A DNA stretch of 64,000 nucleotides from Macrostomum lignano (Eukaryota). Each line of letters begins with the position of its first letter. Position 1 is the stretch's first letter. Positions 51,511 through 63,446 of this stretch are shown here, piece by piece. Below the pieces are notes generated by a model. The model was not told the DNA's origin and made no database searches. It saw only the letters and a program-made list of their open reading frames with translations. A program made the translations under genes and the position numbers. The stretch is taken from the NCBI GenBank assembly GCA_002269645.1, contig NIVC01000988.1:328405-392404 (forward strand). Reading direction: 5' to 3'.

Positions 51511-54500
51511 ATGCTAAATGAATTGAACACGAAAAAACCTCTGCTGGGCAGCTGGGGTACACTTAGTTGCCTCTGGCTGCGACATGGTCTCTGTTTTTGC
51601 TTCTTTCCCTTTGTTTTTCTCCTTCCCTGCCTCTCTTTTCCCTCCTGTCACGCTTTTTTCTTTCTTATTCCCATCCTTTTTCGTCTAATTAGTTGGCCGC
51701 TTCGGCCGACTCGTCCGACTGTTGCGCATGTATGTGCGTTGTTCCGTTCCGGCACAGGAAAACAATTATCAGGGGGAATCCCCCCGTTGGTAGTTCTACT
51801 GGCAGAAAAGGTATTCCTACTGTTAATTACTACATTAGAAGAGGAAGAGCAAAATAAAGGGTAATGTTTTCCTTACAATGTTCAATTCCTTAATTCCTTA
51901 CAAAATTCATTTCAGAAGTCAGCAGGCTAGCCCTAATTCTCACTGAAAATAGATTCACTGAAGAACCCTCTGTCACCAACGTCAAAGACATTCTCACTAA
52001 TAGCGGCTTTAGGGTTGAATCGAACGTGCTGGGAAATTATGCTCAAGACATAATATCGTTCGTGCCTGATGAAATTTGTCGGTCGACAGTTCAGCAGTTG
52101 ATCATTATTGTGATCGCCAACGCTCAATATCCGAAATGCATGGATGATTTCCTGAAACTGATGACTGACGGTGGATTTTTCGACCTTCAAAAGCGCTTTC
52201 TCTTATTCTGCAGAGTTTCCAATGGTAATGAAAACACCAGCGACTTGCAGTTGCAGAAAAATTTTCTAGCAATAGTTTCAAGTACAAGAGCGCAATCGTT
52301 GGGTACAAGTTTGACGCCGAAGAGAAAATAAGAAACTTCATTAACTGGCTCGCTCAAGAAATGAACACTTGCTGGAACAATAGCTGCCTATCAGCCATGC
52401 TTAGCAGATGGTTGCCAGCTCATGATGAAGAAGATTTGTACATGTATCCAACAGGAAAATGCAAGCGACCTTTCCTACGGGACATTTTATTTCACCTTGA
52501 TAATCGAGAGCAGCAAGAAGGTAACGGCCCGATGGCAGCTGGAGCCGAGGGCCCGATGGCAGCTGCAGCCGAGAGTCCGATGAATGCGACAGTCGACAAC
52601 GACCAGATTGCTTCCCTGATTTACCCGAACAAGCGCACTCCCACCAAACCCCAAGCTCTGATCATTCTCTATTTCAACAAGAGTGCAGCGCCGTGCGAGT
52701 CTCTCCAGGCCGACTGTTTGCGGCTGATGAAATTATTCAAGTTTCGCCTTGGCTACCTCGTGACAGATATTCAAGTTGATTCAGAGAGCCAGAACGATCT
52801 TGAGGACAGAGTGAAGAGCTTCGCAAACCAACAAGATCACGGTGACTCGTGCGTCCTCATTATTTTGTCACTGTCGAACGGTCTGCTGTGTGGCCACTCC
52901 ATCATCAATCTTTTTAGCCAGATGTCGCTCAGCAAGCAGCTAAAAGGCAAACCGAGGCTGTTTCTTTTGAATGAGTGGCAGAGTGGCGCACAGACTGGCC
53001 GACTTGCTGATCCAGCCAGTCCGAGCGAAGCATTTGAAATTTTGCCAGACACTGTCAGTTCAATGGAGGACTATTGGGGCACCAGAAATGAGACATCTAA
53101 AGTTCACCCCTTTAGTGGAATGGTATTCGGCCTTGCCTCAGCAAACAATGAGACAGATGTAGATGGGAGTGATTTTGTTAGAACGCTCTGCACGACCTTT
53201 GAGAAGTTCGGTAGCACTAAAGACGTAGTGTCCATGAGTGCCATAATTAATGAAGAACTGTCAGTTTCTGCTAAAGCGTTGCCTCGCTGGATTATTCAAA
53301 CAACGAAACTTTTTTTCATCACAAATACAGGTGGACTGGAAAGTAAGTTTCCCAATCTTCTTATAACTTATTCTATTCCCTTGTACGAGCGTAGTTGAAG
53401 ATTTAGTATATTGTGATTGTGCATTATTTGGTATAATTTACATTTACATTTCATTGCCTGTGTTTCTCACAAATTTGTCTTTCTTTATTAATTTCAACCT
53501 ACAGCAACAAGTCAAAAAGTTTCACCTAATGGGCCTCAAGACAACGGTGAGAAAATTTATACTGACAGCATGAGCTACGTTCAGTTATGTACTAACTTGA
53601 AGAGTTGATATTTATAGATAACATTTGAAACTATTAAAAATTTCTAAGAAAACATTACAAATGCATTTTCAGCTTGCACCAGTGAGAGAAACAAAGCTGG
53701 TAAGTTGGAACAATCTAGAATAATTACGAGTTCTTGACATTTGAATTGTATGTGGTTCGCGACTGCATGTTGCAGAAATTTTTCCGCCTTACTTAAAGGC
53801 GCACAACTCGCTCAGCAATCACACCACACATACAGGTGACTGCATGGCGATAGGGACAAGGGGAAGGAAAGGGAGAAGGGGAAGAGGGAGAGGAGAGGGA
53901 GTTGGTGAAACAACTTGAATACTTGTTTTAGTTAGCCGAGAATTCCTAAAGGGAAAGCGATAGCGACGACAATTTATATATTTGATAAATCAATAGAAAA
54001 GGAATAAAACGTGAAAATGAAACTTTGCGTGTGTGTACAGTAATCAATGTACGCAAGGGAATAAAAGACCGCGCACGACACAGGACAACCACCCCAAACC
54101 CACGCAAGCACAAACAAGACCGCGCTAGCTCACACCACCACTGTGGGGACGGAGGAAGTGAGAGGAGAGATCAGGGAGAAATAAGGTAAGGAGGAAGGAA
54201 AAACGGGACTCGCACTACTGATCAAGACCAGTCGAGTAGGGAGCATTCCGGACCAATGTCGCCCGACCCACACTACTCGTATGACTGGCATCCAGTTCCA
54301 GAGCTGAGCAGAGTCAGCCGCCTCCTGATTAGAGGGCTTTCACAGCTGACAGGAAAGCCGGAAGGAGAAGTGGGATTGGTTGGGGAAACAATGGAGATGG
54401 GACAAGGGATCGACAACGCTCACCCAACCGCCCAGACGGTCGAAGCAATCCAAACTGCCACCACTTGTGGCGCTCCTAGTTGCCACCTTGGAACTTTAGA

Positions 54501-57283
54501 GAAACGAGTCCCCGAATTTCTACTTCCAACTTAGCCAATACAACACGCGTTCAGAGGGCTCCGTGCATTTCCGTTTTAGACTAAGTTTAGCTCAGAATGA
54601 AGTCACAATCAGATCGGGTTCACGGATCACTCGATGTTCAAGCACGAGGTCTTTGCTCAAGCCGAACTGAGAGCTACACGTATCAACAATTGATTCTGAC
54701 TAACCGACTGAGGACCCTAAAGCAGCCTGTTGTGAGGCAGATGAAGCTGATCCTCGTAAAAGCGTATTAGCTGACTCAGGAGCGAGAGCCCAAGCAGGCT
54801 GGCCGACACGCGAAGGGGAAGACGGGAAAATGAGCAATGAGCAGAAGCTCGGGTATTGAGCATTCGGGTAGCTAATAAGGGGAGATATGCAGGTCATACA
54901 GTAAAGACAACGAAGACAATATAGGAGGGAAGGCTCGAAGATAGCTGTGCACCATTTGATAAATTTCAGGCTGTGGGTCATATATCGGTTAGAACAGAGG
55001 AACATCGGTTACAGACTCTATAAACTTGCAAAACTGCAATTAGCCTACCCAAACCTACATGACTTGGGTAGAGGATCGGGAGCTACGAACGACTTCTGCT
55101 CCATCTATGAGGCTTTTCAAATAGTCGATTCTAGAACCAGAATCCGTTCTGAAATTCCAGGAAATGAAACAGTAAAATTCTCTAGCCCCTATAAACAAGA
55201 AAAGAACAGACAGTAGATAATTTGATTACATATGACAACTAACAAAATGATGGCAGAAAATCAAACACTCACGTGTAAATATCATATTGTAGCGGCAGAC
55301 GGGCCCGAAACAGACAGGGAGGCCATGCAGACAGACCGAACAGTGCATGCGTCTGCACGCTATCCCCCTGTTTGCTTTGCTGGGGTGGGCGCTCGCCCCA
55401 GACAGCTCCTGGTTTGTGACTCACGCCCCTTTGTTCGCACCTCCCCATGCTGGCTGTTCCCCTTTTACAAATAAAACAAATAAAAGCGATGCACTTCTGC
55501 TTCGTCTGGTCTAACGCTTCTTGCAGACCACTAAAATATCATATACTCCAGGAAAGAAGTATAGAAGTATAGTTTTACTACTTGGATTCACAGATATTCA
55601 GAACCGATTTGGGTCTGTAATTGGCAATTTGAAAAGCCTATTTAAACTTTTAAAAATGGGCAACGAATGAGAAATTACTGAGAAATTCTCCGACTCCAAC
55701 TGACCGTCTATCACATCACTTTGCCGTCTATTGAGTGTACTGAATCTAACGCATTGCAGCCTTCTTTGACGCTAGTAAAAAGTACTTAATACGAGTATGT
55801 TCTCTACAAAATTTCAGGTCGAACTGGTGTTGCCTTGATTTTCACAGAGTATTTATTCGATGCTGTCAGAAACTACCAAACGTTTCTTGAGTACGCAAGC
55901 TTTAAAGTACACGTGGACCGCACACGTGGTGACATGAAATCGTTAAGAAAAGCGTTCGATCGTGAGAAAGACCATTTTCAAAAAGACCTCGTAGTTATTG
56001 TTGTCGTGCGCCACCGTCATAGCGATGGGGATCTGTTGCGAATAATCGGCGATATTGGTATCACGAGATCGACAGAAGCTCGCCACAGCACACTGCTTAT
56101 CCATTGCGAGGTCCATGACACCGAAGAATCTTCTCAGAGGGAGTTACAGGTAGCCCGGCAAGTAGAAAACTTGCCTGACAAGTTCAGCATGGCCTGTTTC
56201 TTTGGCAATGAAGAGGAAGTCAAAGAATTTCTTGACTCATTGCTCCAAGATGCGAGGATGTCAGAAAGCCTGAATGGAATTTCCGTTGTTGGCAGAAATT
56301 TTCAAGACGGGCGCACCTCTCAAAGAAACTTCGTGTTCAAGCGTAATGATGAAATCCCAAAATGGGCAACGGGAAGAGTGATTAAATGGCTAGGCAACTA
56401 TACTATCAAATCAAGTGTTCAACGATCTACTACTGCGCAGGACGACACCGTTCAGTCAGAAGTTGTAGTTGATGAGTTCCGACTGTCCGAAACGCGGAAG
56501 AGATGGCACCCAAAGCTCCCCCCAGCAATCGAATCCACTTCAGAATGTGTCAGAGCACCCAGAGCACTCATCGTGCACAATGTTATCTTCAAAGAGAAAC
56601 TAAGCGCTAGGCTCGGTAGCCAGCATGACTGTCAAAGGCTGACAGAGAGTCTCCTAAGACTCGGCTACAAGGTCTCGATCAGGTCGAATCTCAACGGAGC
56701 TGAAATTAAACACGAAGTTAAGAAGTTTTCCGAAGAGTCTGACGACGGCAGGTCATCTGTCGTTGCGTTTATGTCTCACGGACGCCTCGGCGAAGTCTTC
56801 GGCTCTGATGAAGAGCCTGTAGGAGAAAAAGATGTATTACAACTTTTCTCAGATGAATCAGGGACAAAAGACAACTTTCAGCTAGCCATATTTCAGTGCT
56901 GTCGTGTTCCAGGTCAATTACCAGACGAGGTGTCGTGTCTGGCCTTCTACCCGGGTATGATAATCGCTCACTCTACCCTGCCAAATGACTTCAGTCTGCG
57001 TGTGAAGAGCAAGGGCAGCCGGTTCATCCAGAGCTTCTGCACAGTGCTGGATCTTTTTCCTCACAATGACATTGTAACGATCATTCCTCTGGTGAATTAC
57101 TTAATGCTCAACTCGATTTATCAAGGATTCAGTCAGCAGCCTTGGTGGTTTGTTCAAAGCGGAAAAAGGTTCTGGCCCAAAGTTCAAGGTGCTGGTGAAA
57201 ATTCACAAAATCCGTCAGAATGCAACAATGCTTTTGACTTACAGGAGTTACAAAAAATTATCGAATCAGATCACCAGGATTAG
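51511..57283 (+). CDS. Multi-caspase-fold protein gene 1: degenerate module A1, pseudo-caspase B1, microexon linker, module A2, active-type caspase C1
   Basis: Predicted exons 51511-51556 (tentative), 51916-53342 (one frameshift at the A run 52257-52261), 53505-53546, 53673-53699 and 55818-57283; all introns phase 1 and in frame. C1 has FMSHG (His 56777) and FQCCRV (Cys 56900). B1 has ILSL and LLNEW in place of SHG and QAC. Confidence 0.75.
52361..53342 (+). CDS. Caspase-like (peptidase C14 fold) pseudo-protease segment B1 of gene 1
   Basis: PQALII..DCLRLMKLFKFRLGY..FANQQDHGDSCVLIILS..LKGKPRLF..DGSDFVRTLC; donor GAA A|gtaagt. The ORF reads through to a stop at 53398 if unspliced. Confidence 0.88.
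55277..55544. mobile_element. Possible solo-LTR-like or other short insertion (246 bp) in a gene 1 intron
   Basis: Starts TGTAGCGG (55288), contains two AATAAA, and is flanked by the 11 bp direct repeat aaatatcatat (55277-55287, 55534-55544). No clean CA end. Confidence 0.4.
55818..57283 (+). CDS. Terminal exon of gene 1: module A2 + caspase C1 with intact catalytic dyad
   Basis: PRALIVHN..ARLGSQHD..LGYKV..VVAFMSHG..IFQCCR..MIIAHST..SLR..GSRFIQSFC. Confidence 0.93.
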
Positions 57284-58986
57284 CCTGCAGTTGAGGATCG
57301 TGGAGCAGCCCCTGTTCCAGGTCATTGATACCCTGTGTGGATCATCGGGCAGAGCATGATGATCTTAATGCGGTTGCTTCACTAACTTCTAATGGGATTC
57401 GTCTGACTGATGACGCTCCTGATGCTCCATATAATTCTAAAAGTTGTGCTGGAGTGGACAGCCCTATCCAACTGCGTTGAGTATAATTAATTAATTAACG
57501 TTGATTAATGCGCAAAAGTAAGAGTAAATTTATTTATACTATAATATAGCACGTTTTTTAATAATTCTCACCCATTGTTAATTGTTGTAATCCAATTATA
57601 GGTAAATGTAATACAAATCAGAAATTCTCCATAAAGTACACTGGCAGATCTAATGAGGGATCGAAGCTACTCCGTACGTTGCTTGGTCCACTACACCCCA
57701 AGCACAGCAGCACCTGGTACATTAAATAGACTATTGTATTTCAAATATTCCCATTCCTACGGACATATATTTCTTGCCATGGCTTGCCCCTCTCGGTTGT
57801 TCTGCGAACGCGTCCGCGCAAAGTCTAGCTAGATCTCTTTTTGTCTGTGCTTTTGTCTGCGTCGCTATATATATATGCTCCATATAATTCCATATAATTA
57901 ATTCCATATAATATATGGCTGAGACTCAGACACCGGGTCCTTGGTCGGTTTAGGGGCAGGCATAGAAACCGTCCAGCCAAACCGTCTAGCTAGAGCACAT
58001 AAAATTGAAATTGAAATAAAAAATGATTGCAATTGAATAGCCGCGTGTAAGCCGAAAACACAAAAGGGACAAAATGTGTTTATTGAATCCTTGTTTTCTA
58101 TTCGCACAATATCTTTCACAACGCTCGACGATTTGCTTCTACTTCTTTACACATTTATCGTTTAGTTCGTGTGGTTGATAAAAATACTGTACATATTTTA
58201 TTATTTATACCGGAAATTTTCAACACATTTTTCTTGAACTAATTTTTAATTTGTATTTAAATCCTTTATACCAAATTTAAGCTCAGATCGCGTCATAAAC
58301 TTAGCTAAAAACAATTGTTTAAAATAATTTTCACATTCTTGCTATTTGAGAATTAATCTGACGTCAACTACTTGAACTAATAACGTTCCGCAACTATTGC
58401 GATGACTTTTTAATAGAAAGTTTTTACTGCTCAATGTATGAAGCTTAACGTATTTAGTTAATAATTATTAGTACTATTTTTTTCAGCCAGCTATCATTAA
58501 CAATCCTCGGCTAGCTCTTGATTATGAGCAATTTACGGTTAATTATTTGTGAAGTTCCACTGTCCTGCTGTTTCTGTCGCTTAACAGTTTTTTTCTAACA
58601 ATACAGCAAAAAATGCTTCATCATTCACCTCAAACCGTTTCAATTGACTTTCATTTTCTACGAGCAGAAACGTGTTAAATAGAAACTAAATTTAGATAGA
58701 GATTTAGGTATATTGATTTAGCTGTTTCAAAATGCTAAGACAGTTCGAAGTCAAAAGATAAATCGAGAGCACACAAATCAACAGTTTTCTAAAATAAAAA
58801 TCACTCGTAAAATCACTTTATGCACTGTCAGGTAGTTCAGGCAAGTGTTTTGTACTCGTACTGCAAACAGCTAAATTTCATAACAATTTGCTACCGAATT
58901 TATGCCCCTTTTCAGCGAGAATTTTTCAAAGGCAACTTGAGAGATTTAAAACAAATAAAAACATCCGTTGATTTCTATCAGAAAAC

Positions 58987-61506
58987 ATGACGAAAGACGC
59001 TTCAACTTTTATTGGTAAGGGGTTCGCTTTCTTCATAAATTTTCTATAGCTGACGAAAGATCTATAAAATACGTATACTTGAATAAACGTTTAAGCCGAA
59101 ACTTTTAGAACGATCGTATGGCAACCGCCCAAAACGAGACAATTTTTTTAATTTTTACCCTTTCAGATCATCGCCGACTGCTGCTGGTCTTCGCTGATGA
59201 ACACAAAGACATGCTGATAAATTATACCGAGTTTATGGAGAGTAAATGCGGATTTTTTAGGAAGACATTTCCCCTCGCAAACATTTCTGACGGCTTTGCT
59301 GAACTCGACAGCGGTCCAGTCATTCAAGTTGTCTGCGCCGTCGTCTGCTCGGAGACATCCGCATGCAACATGGAAGACTTCCTGAAGCCTCTTATTGCTC
59401 GGTTTGGGAAAGATGTCGATCAGCTGCTGCTGTACTGCAGAGTCTGTGATGGCAACCCAAATGAGAAGGATGAAGAATTAAAAAGTAAATTCAACGCCAG
59501 TGGATTCGAATACAAAAATTCGACAATTTCTTACATTGCTGACAGTTCTGACAATATTAGAAAGTTCCTAAGTGACAGCCTAATCAAACAGAAGACCAAG
59601 CAATGGAATGCCGAAACTTGTGCAGCTGATGTTCTTTACAACATTGAGGGTTTTGAAAAATTGTGCGTACAAAAGACAAAGAATTTTTTGCGACACATCA
59701 CGGAACCACATACGTCTGGGCAATCTGGCGCCATTTCATTCGCTGAGCCGTTTACCAATCATATCAACACACAGATCTCCGACAATTCGTTGATTTATCC
59801 TAATAGTCGTGAAACTTTTCCGAAGGCTCTTATCATTTTAAACATCTACCCAGAAAATAATATCAGCAAAGCAATGCTCACGGACTGGAAGCGTCTGCTG
59901 TGGCTGTTCGACAAACTGCAGTTCAAAGTCACAGATGTGCAAACCGACGCCAGTACTGAGAACGCAGCAGAAACCAGTGTGAAGAATTTTGCAAACTCTG
60001 AATACCATGGAGATTCGTGCGTCTTAGTGATTCTGTCTGAGCGCAAGCTCAGCCAAAACTTTATTCGCAAAACCAGCGACTCTATGGCAGCTGGCGAAAA
60101 CTCCAGGACAAGCCCAGACTGATCATCCTGCAGCACTGGGAGACCAAACCGCCAAGTGCCGATGGCGCGCCCGCTGGACTTTCCCAGTTCGTGCCGGCTA
60201 TTGTTGACTCAATCCGGACCCGCCGCAAACACACAAGCCTGAAGTGCGAGTTCATCCGCATGGCGGAATGATTTGGTGCCAGCCGGCTGCTGCAGACTCC
60301 GACACTGATGACGGCAGCTCACTAGTTTGGGTGATCTGCGACACCTTCATCAAATATTCAGCCACTGAGGACGTGGTGTCAATGATTTCGCTGATCAATG
60401 AGAAGCTGAAGGCCTCGCCTCCACTGTGGTGTGTGCAGACTACCAAGTATTTCTTCATCACAGACACCAGTCGTCCATTGAATAACTCACGTGAGTACCT
60501 TTTTTGAGCTTATTCAAATTATACCTCGTATTTTAATATTCCATAACTTATCTTTCGACTGTGAAATCGTTTTGTCGAATTGTGCAGTTGCTCTGTGATT
60601 CGGAATTACGTGCATTATTACTAACCAGAACAGGTAGAAAAGAGCAAATGTATTCGTAATTACGTTAAATCAGCCAGCACAAAAAGGTAGCACAATAAGC
60701 TAATGAGGGTCAGTCGATGGAAAATCTTAAACACTATTTCAGTCTAAAAGCTGCCTCATTCCATCGATAAAATGTCTCTTAAAAAACCTTTTTTCAGTCG
60801 AGCCACCTTCCACTAAAGAAAGCGCAAAAGCGGGTCTCGCCTTAATAATTAATAACACATTTAAGAACGACTCCAAATTTGTAAGAGAAGGAAGCGACAT
60901 CGATCGTGAAAAATTGAAAAGTACTTTCAAAAAGTTTGGTTACGACACTAAAATTGCGGAGGATCTCAGTGCAGAGAAAGTTCGATCTGAAGTGAAACAA
61001 TTTGCCGATGATAGCCGTCACGGTGACACCTGCATTGTGGTCATCATGTCCCACGGAAAACTGGGAAAAATCATTGGAGTCGATCACTCGGAAGCGTCGG
61101 AAACGAAAATTCTTAAAATACTGAACGATAGCAAAAGCCTTTCAGGAAAGAAAAAACTCGTCATATTTCAGCTATGCCGAGATCACCCAGATGGAAGCCC
61201 ATCGAGCAATTCTGACCATCCCACTCGACTGGTCTACCCGGACATGATCGTGGCGCACTCGACAAGCATAGGTGAAAAAAGCTTTCGCAGCACAGATCAA
61301 GGCAGCCGGTTTGTGAATAGCCTGTGCGATGCTCTTGACAAGTTCGGGAAAGGCTCAGACATCGTCTCGCTCATCAGTGCCATCAACTGCATTATGATGA
61401 GAAGTTTTTACGATAAACTAGTACAATTAAAGATGACACCCAGCTGCCCTTCTGGCTGGTGCAGACCACGGGCCCTTTTGTTCTCGCCAATCTTACGGAT
61501 GGCTGA
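58987..61506 (+). CDS. Multi-caspase-fold protein gene 2: module A3, pseudo-caspase B2, active-type caspase C2 (three apparent frameshifts)
   Basis: Exons 58987-59014 (MTKDASTFI G|gtaagg), 59167-60490 and 60798-61506; both introns phase 1. B2 has HGDSCVLVILSE and KPRLIILQHW. C2 has VREGSDID, VIMSHG (His 61052), IFQLCRD (Cys 61175) and GSRFVNSLC. Frameshifts near 60055-60072, 60227-60229 and 61413-61415. Confidence 0.78.
60798..61506 (+). CDS. Caspase catalytic domain exon (C2) of gene 2
   Basis: GLALIINNTF..REGSDIDREKLKSTFKKFGY..CIVVIMSHG..KKLVIFQLCR..DMIVAHSTSIGEKSFR..QGSRF. The C-terminal LPFWLVQTT strand is in the shifted frame. Confidence 0.92.
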
Positions 61507-63375
61507 GAAGTCGCTCGCACTGGTTCCGATAAGGGCTTTGGCATCCGAATAAGGGCAAAATGCATGACAGACACTCGCAGTGTTAATTTTTTTATTTATA
61601 TCACTAATTCAATTTTAGCTTCTAAAACATTGTTTTTAAACAATCATAAGCCCTACCGTCAGTAGAATTTTTTTGACATTTTGCGTTTTTCAGTCGGTGC
61701 TTGCGCGATATTTATTGGTTTATAGACGCACAATTTCTGATTGTTGCAAATTATAGTGCCTCTACTTTTACCATGGCCAAATGTGCCAATGGATTGATTC
61801 TGTTCTACGCGGCCACCCACATTGAAATAAAAAAATTAAGAAATAAAAATACCAGGGAGCGGGCACCCTAGCTGCAGTCACTGCAAATGTACAAGCTTAG
61901 ATTGCTTCCTTCATCATCACAATCACAATATACTAAATCTTCATCACAATATACTAAATCTCTAAGGTTTGTTTGTTTTACCGGTATCACAATATACTAA
62001 ATTTCTAACGTTTGTCTGTCTTATACTTTAAATCTCTAAGGTATGTCTGTCTGACCGGTATTCAGTCTACAGCCTGAATGCCTGAACCGTTTTTTTTAAC
62101 ATGCTTTATTCAATTGCAAATTCTTGTGAGATTTTGTGGATTTAATTGTGAGGCAGAATCCTTATAAACTATGTATATTACTTATAACAGTAGTTAAACC
62201 CGAGTTTTAATCACAGCCAATCAGAAATTTTCTTCCCCATTTGTTTAAATTCTCCAAGCAAATCAAATTCTTTTGTTATAATTTTAGTAATTGTTAAAAT
62301 GCGTCCCACCTTCCCCAAATTTTCTGTATATATGGAATCAGGTTGACGCTAGAAAAATATAACCTCGGCGATCGTTCTCAATAATTGCCTTTAACTATTC
62401 TTGCGAGAATCTTTTAGCGAAACAAATCTAAATTTGGCTAAGACTTATCTCGTTATTTCTTTCATAAGATAGGGAAACCAGAGGTCGTGGAGACCCAAAA
62501 CCAGGACTCTAGATAGGGAAAACCAGAGGTCGTGGAGACCAGAACTGGGATCTGGTTAGGAACTTGAGGTCGTGGAGCCCAAGAATAGAAACCTGAGTAG
62601 GGAGATCGAGATCGTACAGATCCTAAGAAAGCCGTACAGGCCAATAATAGGCATTAGGCATTAAGAGATTAGGTATTAGGGAAGTAGATTAGTTACCGCT
62701 GGACACCCTTGATCCCTGGAAAACGCTAGACTTTCGGACTGAACTAGTAGGGAATTAGACAGTGTCTTACCGCTCGCGGCACTACACTCTATCGCAAGGT
62801 TTCTAGGAAATCGTGTGAAATTAGAAATCTCTAGGAAAGAGTCATAGATTAGGGCTGCCAACGCTACTCAAAGTAGATATATTAGTGACAATTTATAGGA
62901 TAGAGAAATTAGAACTAAAGGACTGCAGCAAATTGGTGAGATAATTTCAGTAGGAACCAGAAGGGCTAGCACAATTGCATTGAAAAATTCGAATGGGAAA
63001 GTGTTAAATATTCGAAAAACGAGTTTTCCCAATGCTTTCAATCGGAGGCTAGAAAAGGTCAAAATCTCGACTAACTGAATAGCAATTCCAATTAAGATTG
63101 CGCCACAACTTTTCTCTTTTCACTGTGTAGGCCTCAATACAGGCTGCCGTGTGCAGCGGAGAGGAAAATACACAGTGGCTGCGTGTGTACATTCTGACCC
63201 TGGCTCTGACTCCATAGAAAATTGCTATTTATAGATCTCACTCAACTGTGCATTGGCTCTGCCTGCATACAACCTGTGCACACTGAGCAAGCCTATCACT
63301 GCATGAACATGTATTTGACTGCAGTGCCGAAGCATATATGGCAGATTTTTGTGCTCTCCGATCAGTAGGTGAATA

Positions 63376-63446
63376 GCCGAGGTGTAGGCACTAGGATTAG
63401 GTTTAGTCTCGGCATAAGGTCCAAGGTTCGAGTCTGCCTCCTCGGC
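63376..63446 (+). pseudogene. tRNA-like sequence (degenerate tRNA pseudogene or SINE head)
   Basis: Perfect 7 bp acceptor stem GCCGAGG/CCTCGGC, 71 nt long, with B-box GGTTCGAGTC. The T-stem and anticodon stem are broken. Confidence 0.5.

Noticed and set aside
53757-55250. ORFs 54256-54534, 54700-55005 and 54947-55216 in the long caspase gene 1 intron
   Set aside because: Probably a retroelement remnant, but no RT, RNase H or integrase motif could be identified with confidence.
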